DNA of 24,000 nucleotides from Marinisporobacter balticus (GTDB lineage Bacteria; Bacillota; Clostridia; Peptostreptococcales; Thermotaleaceae), in the NCBI RefSeq assembly GCF_004345705.1, contig NZ_SLWV01000011.1, forward strand, positions 72,235 to 96,234, read 5' to 3'. Position numbers and translations under genes: made by a program. The notes beneath the pieces were generated by a model that did no database searches, had not been told where the DNA came from, and saw only the letters and a program-made list of their open reading frames with translations. Shown here piece after piece: positions 15,060 to 23,645 of this stretch. Each line of letters begins with the position of its first letter. Within the stretch, counting starts at the first letter, position 1.

Positions 15060-15959
15060 TTGAAAAAGGGGAGAATCATAAATATTCAGAAGTATTGTGT
15101 ACATGATGGGCCGGGGATTCGAACAACTGTATTTTTTAAGGGATGTCCACTGAATTGCTGGTGGTGTCATAACCCTGAAAGTCAAAAATTTGAAAAAGAG
15201 ATGATGTATAACCATGAAAAATGTACCATGTGTGGAGAATGCGAAAAAAGATGTGAAGGGAAAGGGATCAAATTAACGGAGAATATTTTTTATGATCCAA
15301 CGAAATGTGTATTTTGTGAAAATTGTATTGATTTTTGCATCAACAACGCGAGAGAAATGATAGGAAAAGAATATACAATAAGTGAACTGATGAAGGAAAT
15401 AAAAAAAGATCAAATGTTTTATCAAGAATCAGGTGGAGGTGTTACATTATCAGGTGGAGAAGTGATGACCCAAATCACATTTGTAGAAGAACTTGTAAGA
15501 CGTTGTAAAGAAAATGGAATGCATGTTGCAATAGATACTTGTGGATATGTTCCTTTTTATAGTTTTGAGAGAATTTTAGATAATACAGACATTTTCTTGT
15601 ATGATATTAAGTTGATTGATTCTAAAAGACATGAAAAATATACAGGGAAGCCGAATGAATTGATACTCGATAATATGAAAAAATTATCAGAAAAAGGTGC
15701 GAATATTCATCTGAGAATTCCTCTAATAGAAGGAATCAACACAGATGGTGAAAATATAGAAGGCATCATAAAGTTTGCTTCAGATTTAAAGATTTCAAAG
15801 GTAAATTTGTTACCTTATCATGAAATAGGTAGTGATAAGTATAAAAGATTAAATATGGATTACAAAAAAGGGGGAATGGTGCGACCAACAGACCAAAGAT
15901 TAGAGGAAATTAAAGCCATGTTTAAAGAATCTAAATTCGAGGTGAAAATTGGGGGGTAA
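15060..15959 (+). CDS. glycyl-radical enzyme activating protein (radical SAM, PflA family with ferredoxin insert)
   Basis: TTG 15060 follows AAGAAGGTGA. CVHDGPGIRTTVFFKGCPLNCWWCHNPE contains the CX3CX2C motif. Two extra Cys clusters are present: CTMCGECEKRC and CVFCENCIDFC. Confidence 0.9.
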   Translation: MKKGRIINIQKYCVHDGPGIRTTVFFKGCPLNCWWCHNPESQKFEKEMMYNHEKCTMCGECEKRCEGKGIKLTENIFYDPTKCVFCENCIDFCINNAREMIGKEYTISELMKEIKKDQMFYQESGGGVTLSGGEVMTQITFVEELVRRCKENGMHVAIDTCGYVPFYSFERILDNTDIFLYDIKLIDSKRHEKYTGKPNELILDNMKKLSEKGANIHLRIPLIEGINTDGENIEGIIKFASDLKISKVNLLPYHEIGSDKYKRLNMDYKKGGMVRPTDQRLEEIKAMFKESKFEVKIGG

Positions 15960-15963
15960 AATT

Positions 15964-18333
15964 ATGGGAAGAGGAATGAATGAAAGAATTCAAAAATTAA
16001 GAAAGCAAAGTATAACGACAGAACCTCACATTTCTATAGAAAGGGCAGTACTCGTAAATGAAGCCTATCAAAAATATGCAGGTACCGTAGAGAAACCTAT
16101 TCTTAGAGCTTTGACATTTAAACATATTATGGAAAACAAAAAACTTTGTATGAATGAAGATGAACTAATTGTAGGAGAAAAGGGGGAAGGACCACAATCG
16201 ACCCCTACTTTTCCAGAACTTTGCTGTCATACATTAAAAGATTTTGAAATTATGAATGATAGAGAATATATTTCTTTTAAAACCAGTGAAGAAGTACGAA
16301 AGGTTCAAGTAGAAACCATTATTCCTTATTGGGAAAATCGTTCTATAAGAAAGAACATTTTTGATCATATGAAACCAGAATGGGTAGATTGCTATGAAAA
16401 TGGGATCTATACTGAATTTATGGAACAAAGAAGCCCGGGTCATACAGTAGCAGATGGGAAAATGTATAAAAAAGGTTTCCTTGGATTTAAAAAAAACATT
16501 GAAGATTCAATTTCAAAACTTGACTATTTCGATGACCCACAAGTATATGAAAAGAAAACACAGCTTCAAGCGATGGCCATTTGCTGTGATGGGATTATTG
16601 CTTTTGGGAAAAGATATGAGCAGTATGCTCGAGCGTTAGCAGAAAATGAAACAGATGAAAGAAGAAAAGCGGATCTTCTAAAAATTGTCCAAAACTGTGA
16701 AGTTGTTCCTGCACACGCACCAAAAACATTCCATCAGGCAATACAAATGTATTGGTTTGTACATGTTGGTGTTACAAATGAACTAAACAATTGGGATGCT
16801 TATAGCCCTGGTAGATTAGATCAGCATCTATATCCTTTCTATAAAAAAGAAATAGAGGAAGGTACATTAACAAGAGATGAGGCAAAAGAATTATTAGAAT
16901 GCTTATGGGTAAAATTCAATAACCAACCAGCACCTCCTAAGGTAGGTATTACATTAAAGGAAAGTGCTACTTATACAGACTTTGCAAACATTAATACAGG
17001 TGGAGTTACATCAGATGGAGCAGATGGTGTAAACGATGTAAGTTATTTAATTTTAGAGGTAATGGATGAAATGAAGCAATTACAGCCTAGTTCAAATGTA
17101 CAAATTAGTCGAAAAACACCTCAACACTTCTTAAAAAAAGCTTGCGAAGTTTCAAGAAAGGGTTGGGGGCAGCCTGCATTTTACAATATAGATGCAATGA
17201 TTCAAGAAATGCTTCGTGCAGGAAAAGACATAACAGATGCTAGAGAAGGGGGTGCTAGTGGTTGTGTAGAAACTGGGGCTTATGGAAAAGAAGCATATAT
17301 TTTAACAGGATATATGAATATTCCTAAAATATTTGAAATAACACTTAATAATGGATTAGATAAGGTTTCAGGAAAACAACTAGGACTAAAAACAGGAGAT
17401 CCAAGAGGTTTTGAGACTTATGAAGAATTGTTTGAGGCATTCAATAAACAATTAAATTATTTTGTAGATATTAAAATAAAAGGAAGTAATATAATCGAAA
17501 AAATCTATGCCACCCATATGCCATCTCCATTCTTATCTGTTATCACGAGTGATTGTATATCTAAGGGAATGGATTATAATGCAGGAGGCGCTAGATATAA
17601 TACAAACTATATTCAAGGTGTGGGGATAGGAACCATTACGGACTGCTTAGCTTCTATCAAATATAATGTATTTGATAAGAAAAGATTTAGTATGGATGAA
17701 TTACTAAAGGCATTAGAGGATAATTTTGAGGGGCATGAAAATATTCATAATATTATATGCAACAAAACGGCTAAATATGGAAATGATGATGATTATGCAG
17801 ATGATTTAATGATCGATGCTTTTAATCTATTCTATAATGCTGTAAATGGTAGACCAAATATGAAGGGTGGATGCTATAGAATTGATATGCTTCCAACGAC
17901 TTGCCATGTTTACTTTGGAGAGGTTATGGGAGCGAGTGCAGATGGAAGACTTGCGCACAAACCAGTTTCTGAAGGAATTTCTCCAGCGAAGGGGGCAGAT
18001 AGAAATGGCCCTACTGCTGTAGTGAGATCAGCAGCAAAGATGGATCATCTAAGAACAGGTGGAACACTTCTTAATCAAAAATTTACACCTTCTGTACTTG
18101 CAGGAGATGAAGGAATTGAAAATTTAGCGTCACTCATTCGTTCTTATTTCAATATGGATGGACATCATATCCAATTTAATGTAATTGATAGACAGACTTT
18201 AATCGATGCGCAAAATAAACCTGAAGAATATAAAGATTTGATCGTGCGTGTTGCTGGATATAGTGATCATTTTCATAATTTAAGTAAAGCGCTTCAAGAT
18301 GAAATTATTGAAAGAACAGAGCAAGAATTTTAA
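15964..18333 (+). CDS. hypD: glycyl radical enzyme, probable trans-4-hydroxy-L-proline dehydratase
   Basis: ATG 15964 lies 7 nt after GGGGGG (15951-15956); the ORF track starts at TTG 15949. C-terminal glycyl-radical motif LIVRVAGYS. Cys loop GGASGCVETG as in 1,2-eliminating GREs. The gene is flanked by an activase and a P5C reductase, which is the signature context of HypD. Confidence 0.8.
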   Translation: MGRGMNERIQKLRKQSITTEPHISIERAVLVNEAYQKYAGTVEKPILRALTFKHIMENKKLCMNEDELIVGEKGEGPQSTPTFPELCCHTLKDFEIMNDREYISFKTSEEVRKVQVETIIPYWENRSIRKNIFDHMKPEWVDCYENGIYTEFMEQRSPGHTVADGKMYKKGFLGFKKNIEDSISKLDYFDDPQVYEKKTQLQAMAICCDGIIAFGKRYEQYARALAENETDERRKADLLKIVQNCEVVPAHAPKTFHQAIQMYWFVHVGVTNELNNWDAYSPGRLDQHLYPFYKKEIEEGTLTRDEAKELLECLWVKFNNQPAPPKVGITLKESATYTDFANINTGGVTSDGADGVNDVSYLILEVMDEMKQLQPSSNVQISRKTPQHFLKKACEVSRKGWGQPAFYNIDAMIQEMLRAGKDITDAREGGASGCVETGAYGKEAYILTGYMNIPKIFEITLNNGLDKVSGKQLGLKTGDPRGFETYEELFEAFNKQLNYFVDIKIKGSNIIEKIYATHMPSPFLSVITSDCISKGMDYNAGGARYNTNYIQGVGIGTITDCLASIKYNVFDKKRFSMDELLKALEDNFEGHENIHNIICNKTAKYGNDDDYADDLMIDAFNLFYNAVNGRPNMKGGCYRIDMLPTTCHVYFGEVMGASADGRLAHKPVSEGISPAKGADRNGPTAVVRSAAKMDHLRTGGTLLNQKFTPSVLAGDEGIENLASLIRSYFNMDGHHIQFNVIDRQTLIDAQNKPEEYKDLIVRVAGYSDHFHNLSKALQDEIIERTEQEF

Positions 18334-18436
18334 GGGATAGATGCGTTCGATTTAAAAAAATTATTTGGAAGATAATCGATAGAAAATAGGTAAAAATATT
18401 TTTAATAATAGATAATGGCTAAAAGGAGGAATTTAT

Positions 18437-19243
18437 TTGAAAAAAATAATCGGGTTTATAGGTGCAGGAAATATGGGACAGGCAATGGTGGGGGGGATAG
18501 TAAAATCCAAATTACTTCAGCCACAACAAGTCATGATGGCGGATCGTAGTGAAGAAAGATTGAAAGTTGTTTCTAAGGAATATGGGATAAAAGTGAACAC
18601 AGATAATAAGGAAGTAGCGAAAAATGCAGATGTTTTAATATTATCAGTAAAACCGAATATATACGCGCCTGTTATAGAAGAAATAAAAGATATTGTAAAG
18701 GAAGATGTAATCATTATTACGATTGCAGCTGGAAAAGATATAAGTGGTACTGAAAAAGGCTTTGGAAGGAAATTAAAAGTTGTTAGAGCTATGCCAAATA
18801 CACCAGCTCTTGTAGGGGAAGGAATGACATCTATTTCTCCTAATGAGAAGTTATCAAATGAAGAAATAGATGAAGTTGTCAAAATTCTAAAAAGCTTTGG
18901 GAAAGTTGAAATCGTAAATGAAAAATTAATGAATGCTGTTACATCAGTAAGTGGATCATCACCAGCATACGTATTTATGTTTATCGAAGCGATGGCAGAT
19001 GGTGCAGTTTTAGATGGAATTCCAAGAGATCAAGCTTATAGAATGGCAGCGCAGGCAGTACTTGGATCTGCTAAAATGGTATTGGATACGGGCATGCATC
19101 CAGGGGCACTCAAAGACATGGTATGCTCTCCTAGTGGAACAACGATTGAAGCAGTAACAACACTTGAAAAAACAGGATTTAGAGCAGCTGTTATATCTGC
19201 AATGAAAAGCTGCACGAATAAATCTATTGAGATGTCAAAATAA
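18437..19243 (+). CDS. proC: pyrroline-5-carboxylate reductase
   Basis: TTG 18437 lies 7 nt after AAGGAGG (18423-18429). N-terminal Rossmann motif IGFIGAGNMGQAM. RAMPNTPALVGEG, SGSSPAY and CSPSGTTIE are also present. Confidence 0.9.
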   Translation: MKKIIGFIGAGNMGQAMVGGIVKSKLLQPQQVMMADRSEERLKVVSKEYGIKVNTDNKEVAKNADVLILSVKPNIYAPVIEEIKDIVKEDVIIITIAAGKDISGTEKGFGRKLKVVRAMPNTPALVGEGMTSISPNEKLSNEEIDEVVKILKSFGKVEIVNEKLMNAVTSVSGSSPAYVFMFIEAMADGAVLDGIPRDQAYRMAAQAVLGSAKMVLDTGMHPGALKDMVCSPSGTTIEAVTTLEKTGFRAAVISAMKSCTNKSIEMSK

Positions 19244-19244
19244 T

Positions 19245-19282
19245 AAAAATAAGGTGATGAAAATATCATCACCTTATTTTTT
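19245..19282. terminator. bidirectional hairpin terminator (proC / small minus-strand ORF)
   Basis: AAAAATAAGGTGATGA pairs with TCATCACCTTATTTTT. T-tracts follow the stem on both strands. The stop codon of the minus-strand ORF lies inside the stem. Confidence 0.85.
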
Positions 19283-19522
19283 ATTTTTCTTTTTATTTTG
19301 ATGACTTGTAGAAAAGTCTTTCACTAAAGAATGATTAGTAGCTGCTGTATCTTCATAAAATTTAGATGGATCAATCTCATCTACATCTCTTTGCATATCT
19401 AGTGGCATTACATACGCATTTTGTGTTTTTTCAATGATTGGATAATCATCTTTATTATAGGTAGCATCAATCATATTCTCAGCATCATTTGCACTAAAGT
19501 TTGTTCCATTCTTATTTTTCAC
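19274..19522 (-). CDS. small acidic hydrophilic protein, unknown function
   Basis: GTG 19522 lies 6 nt after a strong SD GAGGAGGAG. The 82-aa product has no TM or signal sequence and ends in a Lys-rich tail. A terminator follows immediately. Confidence 0.5.
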   Translation of the reverse strand: MKNKNGTNFSANDAENMIDATYNKDDYPIIEKTQNAYVMPLDMQRDVDEIDPSKFYEDTAATNHSLVKDFSTSHQNKKKNKK

Positions 19523-19579
19523 ATCGATCTCCTCCTCTCTATTAGTATTTCACGAATAGAGAAAGATATGAAAAATTTA

Positions 19580-20413
19580 TTAGAAAGCAGGAACAATTGC
19601 ACCATTGTATTTCTCTTCAATAAATTTCTTTACTTCTTCTGATTGTAATACAGTTACTAATTTTTTGATTTTTTCACTATCTTGATCTTCTGGTCGAATG
19701 GTAATAATATTTGCATAAGGTGATTCGCTTCCTTCAATAATTAACGCATCCTTTTTAGGATTCAAATTTCCTTCTAATGCATAGTTTGTGTTAATAATAC
19801 TTACATCAACATCGTCTAATGTTCTAGGAAGCTGTGCTGCATCAATCGGTTTGAATACTAGATTTTTAGGATTTTCTACAATATCTTTTTCTGTAGCTTC
19901 TAACCCTGCATCTTTTTTTAACCTAATAATGCCATTAGCATCTAAAAGAATTAACGATCTTCCTTCATTTGTTGGATCATTTGGAATTGTAATAGTAGCG
20001 CCATCTTTTAAATCATCAACAGACTTTATTTTTTTAGAATATAAACCAAGGGGCTCAACATGTACTTTTGCTGCACTTACAAGATCAAGTCCACGTTCCT
20101 TATTAAAAGCTTCTAAGTAAGGCAAGTGCTGGAAGAAATTTGCATCAATTTCTTTTTCTGATAAAGCAATGTTTGGAGTTACATAATCCGTAAATGATTT
20201 AATTTCTAAGTTAATGCCTTCTTCTTCAAGTTTTGGCTTGATAAATTCTAGTATCTCAGTATGGGGTACGGGTGTTGCACCAATAATAAGCGTTACAGAT
20301 TCGTTCCCTTTTGCATCGCTAGATGTAGCAACCTCTTCTTTTTTTGTACACCCAGTAAAAACCAAAGATAATACCAACAAGCTTACAAGTAAAGTAACAA
20401 TATTTTTTTTCAT
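19580..20413 (-). CDS. metQ: methionine ABC transporter substrate-binding lipoprotein (MetQ/NlpA family)
   Basis: SD GGAGGAAT. Lipoprotein signal peptide with lipobox FTGC. NlpA-family body (GATPVPH.EIL, NFFQH.PYL, IPNDPTN.GR.L). It sits downstream of metN and metI under an S-box riboswitch. Confidence 0.9.
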   Translation of the reverse strand: MKKNIVTLLVSLLVLSLVFTGCTKKEEVATSSDAKGNESVTLIIGATPVPHTEILEFIKPKLEEEGINLEIKSFTDYVTPNIALSEKEIDANFFQHLPYLEAFNKERGLDLVSAAKVHVEPLGLYSKKIKSVDDLKDGATITIPNDPTNEGRSLILLDANGIIRLKKDAGLEATEKDIVENPKNLVFKPIDAAQLPRTLDDVDVSIINTNYALEGNLNPKKDALIIEGSESPYANIITIRPEDQDSEKIKKLVTVLQSEEVKKFIEEKYNGAIVPAF

Positions 20414-20425
20414 TTTTTATTCCTC

Positions 20426-21076
20426 CTATTTTTTATTAATAATTTGTGCAATTTTGTTGCCTGTGCTTTGAATAATCTGAACTAATATAATCAGTAGAAT
20501 GATTGTAGCAATCATTACATCTGTCTGGAAACGATGATAACCATATCGTATAGCCAAGTCTCCAAGTCCACCTGCACCAACGGTGCCTGCCATAGCAGAA
20601 TAGCCTAAAACATTTATAATCGTAATAGTAACGCCCAGAATTAAAGATGACATTGATTCGGGAATCAAAACCTTCATGATAATTTGGAAGGGTGTGGCAC
20701 CCATTGAAATAGAAGCTTCTACTACACCCCAATCTACTTCCTTTATACTCGTTTCTACAATCCTAGCAAAGAAGGGGGTTGTTGCAATGATTAATGGAAC
20801 AATTGCGGCTGTTGTACCAATAGTTGTTCCAACAACAAGTCGCGTAAATGGAAAAATGAAAATCATTAGTATAATAAAGGGTAGTGATCTTGTTATATTA
20901 ATAATATATGAGAGCACACCATTTAGCCGAGTGTTTGGCAATATATGATTCGGGTCTGTTACAACTAAAATAATTCCTAGTGGCAACCCAAAGAGGATTG
21001 TAAAAAATACAGATGCAAATACCATATATAAGGTTTCTAATAAAGAGGGCGTAAGGAGTTCGATCCAGTGATTCAT
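20426..21076 (-). CDS. metI: methionine ABC transporter permease
   Basis: About five TM segments. EAA-like loop EASISMGATPFQIIMKVLIPES. ATGA overlap with the metN stop. Confidence 0.9.
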   Translation of the reverse strand: MNHWIELLTPSLLETLYMVFASVFFTILFGLPLGIILVVTDPNHILPNTRLNGVLSYIINITRSLPFIILMIFIFPFTRLVVGTTIGTTAAIVPLIIATTPFFARIVETSIKEVDWGVVEASISMGATPFQIIMKVLIPESMSSLILGVTITIINVLGYSAMAGTVGAGGLGDLAIRYGYHRFQTDVMIATIILLIILVQIIQSTGNKIAQIINKK

Positions 21077-22065
21077 TGCTTTAACACCTCTACTTTCACA
21101 TGATTTTCTTCAAAATAAGTAATGATATCTAATAACTTATGACAATCTACATGCATTTGAACGGTAAGCTTTCCAATCGGTTTTTCTTGGATATATTCAA
21201 TTTTTCCAGATAATATATTTACATCTATATCAAATACTTTGGTTAATCTTGAAATAATCGGTGTACCTGCACTGCCTTCTGTAAAGGATAAGTTTAATAC
21301 TTTCCCTTCTAGATACTGCTCAGGTAAGTGCTGCATTTGTTCTACGAAGTGCTTTGTCACAGCATTACCAGGCTTTGAAAAAATATCTATGGTGTGTCCT
21401 TCTTCTACAATATAACCACCTTCTAATATGGCAACATGACTACAAATTTCTTTAATAACCTCCATTTCGTGGGTAATGACTACAATGGTCAACCCAAGCT
21501 CTTTGTTTATGTTTTTAAGGAGATCTAAAATTTGTTTTGTCGTTTTAGGATCAAGGGCTGAGGTTGCTTCATCACAGAGAAGTACATCAGGTTCATTTGC
21601 TAAGGCTCTCGCAATGCCTACTCTTTGCTTTTGCCCACCACTTAATTGAGACGGGTACACATGAGCTTTGTCAGATAATTCTACAAGATCTAAAAGCTTT
21701 TTTACTTTTTCTGTAATTGTTTTTTCAGATGTTTTCAAAAGACGAAGAGGAAAGGCGATATTTTCAAAAACTGTCTTACTATGTAAGAGATTGAAATTTT
21801 GAAAGATCATTCCCATCTTTTTTCTTGCATTTCGAAGTTCGGCACTTTTTAAGGTGACAAGATTCACACCATTTATCCAAATGTCTCCACTTGTAGGTTC
21901 TTCAAGTCTGTTAATGCAGCGAATAAGTGAGGATTTTCCTGCACCACTAAGTCCAATAATTCCGTAAATATCTCCTTTATGAATGTCTAGGGTTATACTT
22001 TCAAGTGCGGTTACTTGGTTTCTTCCTTTGGTATATACCTTTGATAGATTTTTTATTTTTATCAT
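21073..22065 (-). CDS. metN: methionine ABC transporter ATP-binding protein with C-terminal NIL domain
   Basis: Walker A GLSGAGKSS, signature LSGGQKQRV, Walker B LLCDEATSALD. The C-terminal roughly 90 aa form a NIL-type regulatory domain. Confidence 0.9.
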   Translation of the reverse strand: MIKIKNLSKVYTKGRNQVTALESITLDIHKGDIYGIIGLSGAGKSSLIRCINRLEEPTSGDIWINGVNLVTLKSAELRNARKKMGMIFQNFNLLHSKTVFENIAFPLRLLKTSEKTITEKVKKLLDLVELSDKAHVYPSQLSGGQKQRVGIARALANEPDVLLCDEATSALDPKTTKQILDLLKNINKELGLTIVVITHEMEVIKEICSHVAILEGGYIVEEGHTIDIFSKPGNAVTKHFVEQMQHLPEQYLEGKVLNLSFTEGSAGTPIISRLTKVFDIDVNILSGKIEYIQEKPIGKLTVQMHVDCHKLLDIITYFEENHVKVEVLKQ

Positions 22066-22110
22066 AACTTCACCCCTTTATAACTGTATAGTAATAAACT
22101 TATTAGGCCA

Positions 22111-22144
22111 TGAAATAAACCCTCTTTCATAGAGAAAGAGGGTT
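22111..22144 (-). terminator. riboswitch expression-platform terminator
   Basis: On the minus strand, AACCCTCTTTC pairs with GAAAGAGGGTT around a 5-nt loop and is followed by TATTT. It lies between the S-box aptamer and the metN SD. Confidence 0.85.
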
Positions 22145-22160
22145 AAAAAACATCCGCTTT

Positions 22161-22272
22161 TCTCTCATCTGTCGATACAAAAGTATCGCAGGAATTGGCA
22201 CCGTTGCTTATATATAAGCGGGTTGCCGGGTATCATAGGGCCTAGTCCCTCCACCACTCTGGATAAGAGATA
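22161..22272 (-). promoter_or_regulatory. SAM-I (S-box) riboswitch aptamer
   Basis: The minus strand reads CTCTTATCCAGAGTGGTGGAGGGACTAGGCCCTATGATACCCGGCAACC...ACGGTGCCAATTCCTGC...ACAGATGAGAG. This gives P1 CUCUUAUC/GAUGAGAG plus the conserved S-box core elements. Confidence 0.9.
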
Positions 22273-22305
22273 TCCGTTTATTTAGTTTTCATTTAATTAA
22301 TACTG

Positions 22306-22334
22306 AGTATAATGATTTTTTAGAATAATGTCAA
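22306..22334 (-). promoter_or_regulatory. sigma-A promoter of the S-box-metNIQ operon
   Basis: The minus strand reads TTGACA (22334-22329), a 17-nt spacer, then TATACT (22311-22306). It lies about 35 nt upstream of the riboswitch P1. Confidence 0.7.
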
Positions 22335-22574
22335 TACTTTTTTGAAAAAAATATTTTGATAAAAAGGATATATGAAGTAAATATAGAATATACCTAATAT
22401 AGACAAGAAAAAATAAGTAGCGCACAAGATAAAGGAATTACTATTTTTTAAACAGGTTTTTATAGAGGGATAAGCGTGATTAGGCAAAGAAAAAAATGGT
22501 TAAAATAACAAGCGAGATTGGATAATTTATGATCTTGTGCGTGGCAAGCATAAGATCGATTCAGAGGTGATAGA

Positions 22575-22889
22575 ATGAGTTATGAATCCAAATTAAAAAA
22601 TGTTTTTACAGATGAACTTTTTGAAATCATTTTGTTGTTAGAAAACAAGGAAGAATGTTATCGTTTTTTCGAAGATATATGTACTATCAAAGAAATTCAA
22701 GCCTTATCCCAGCGTCTTAAGGTTGCAAAGTTTTTAAGAGAGAAGAAAACCTATCATGAAATTGAGGAGATAACAGGAGCAAGTACAGCAACCATTAGTA
22801 GAATCAATCGATGTCTAACGTATGGAGCAGATGGATATAATATGCTCTTAGATCGGGTAGAAGAAAAAGAATCAAAAGATGAGAAGTAG
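22575..22889 (+). CDS. yerC: YerC/YecD-family TrpR-like DNA-binding protein
   Basis: SD GAGGTGA (22564-22570). ...EECYRFFEDICTIKEIQALSQRLKVAKFL...KTYHEIEEITGASTATISRINRCLTYGADGY is the YerC/YecD signature. Confidence 0.8.
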   Translation: MSYESKLKNVFTDELFEIILLLENKEECYRFFEDICTIKEIQALSQRLKVAKFLREKKTYHEIEEITGASTATISRINRCLTYGADGYNMLLDRVEEKESKDEK

Positions 22890-22913
22890 AAGGAACAATT
22901 TTATTGAAATTTT

Positions 22914-22958
22914 GGTGTAAATACCTAGTTTGTATACTAAGTTATTTACACCATTTTT
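22914..22958 (+). terminator. Rho-independent terminator (possibly shared with the convergent flavin reductase gene)
   Basis: GGTGTAAATA (22914-22923) pairs with TATTTACACC (22943-22952) and is followed by ATTTTTAT. The U-tract is weaker in the minus direction. Confidence 0.7.
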
Positions 22959-22977
22959 ATTGTTAGGAATTGTTTCG

Positions 22978-23589
22978 TTATTTCGTACCTTCATTATTCT
23001 TATTGCTAGAGATGCGTTTTTTTCTTTTCTTTTTGGCTACAGAAAAACCAAAATGGCCTAAAGATTTTTTGAGTCCGTAGTAGTGACCATGACTGTAGCA
23101 GATAGGTTTTGATTTCTCTAAATCAAATTTATTGTTTTGATCTAAAAAGGCATCGTCTATATTTACAGCTAAAACTTTTGCCATAAACATGTCATGAGAA
23201 CCCAGTTCAACAATTTTTTCTACCTTGCATTCTATATTTACAGGACTTTCAGCGATAAGCGGCGCTTTTACTTGGGTAGCTTTCTGTGGGGTGAGATGCA
23301 TGTCTTTGAATTTATTGATATCTCTACCCGAACGAACACCACAAAAATCTGTGGCTTTTGCTAAATCTTCTGTGGTTAGATTGATTACAAATTCTTTGGT
23401 TCTTTTGATAAGATCATAAGAATGTCTTTCTGGTTTTATAGATACATAAGTCATAGCAGGATCACTACAAATGGTGCCAGTCCATGCGATAGTGATAATA
23501 TTATAATTTTCTTCATGATCCCCACAAGTTACCAAAACAGCAGGGATTGGATAGACCATTGTACCTGGTTTCCAAGTTTTTTTCCCCAA
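22978..23589 (-). CDS. flavin reductase-like (FMN-binding split-barrel) protein with Lys-rich C-terminal tail
   Basis: TTG 23589 lies 8 nt after AGGAG (23602-23598); the ORF-track GTG 23598 overlaps the SD. KTWKPGTMVYPIPAVLVTCG....NIITIAWTG.ICSDP is typical of the flavin reductase family. The tail is AKKKRKKRISSNKNNEGTK. Confidence 0.75.
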   Translation of the reverse strand: MGKKTWKPGTMVYPIPAVLVTCGDHEENYNIITIAWTGTICSDPAMTYVSIKPERHSYDLIKRTKEFVINLTTEDLAKATDFCGVRSGRDINKFKDMHLTPQKATQVKAPLIAESPVNIECKVEKIVELGSHDMFMAKVLAVNIDDAFLDQNNKFDLEKSKPICYSHGHYYGLKKSLGHFGFSVAKKKRKKRISSNKNNEGTK

Positions 23590-23645
23590 TACAATCACTC
23601 CTAATCATATTTAAAAAATAGGGAGACACGTTAATATCTCTAGAT

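Noticed and set aside
20436-20732. 98-aa Cys/Arg/Trp/Tyr-rich minus-strand ORF overlapping metI in another frame.
   Set aside because: It lies entirely within the well-supported metI reading frame, has no SD, and its composition is typical of an off-frame translation of a membrane-protein gene.
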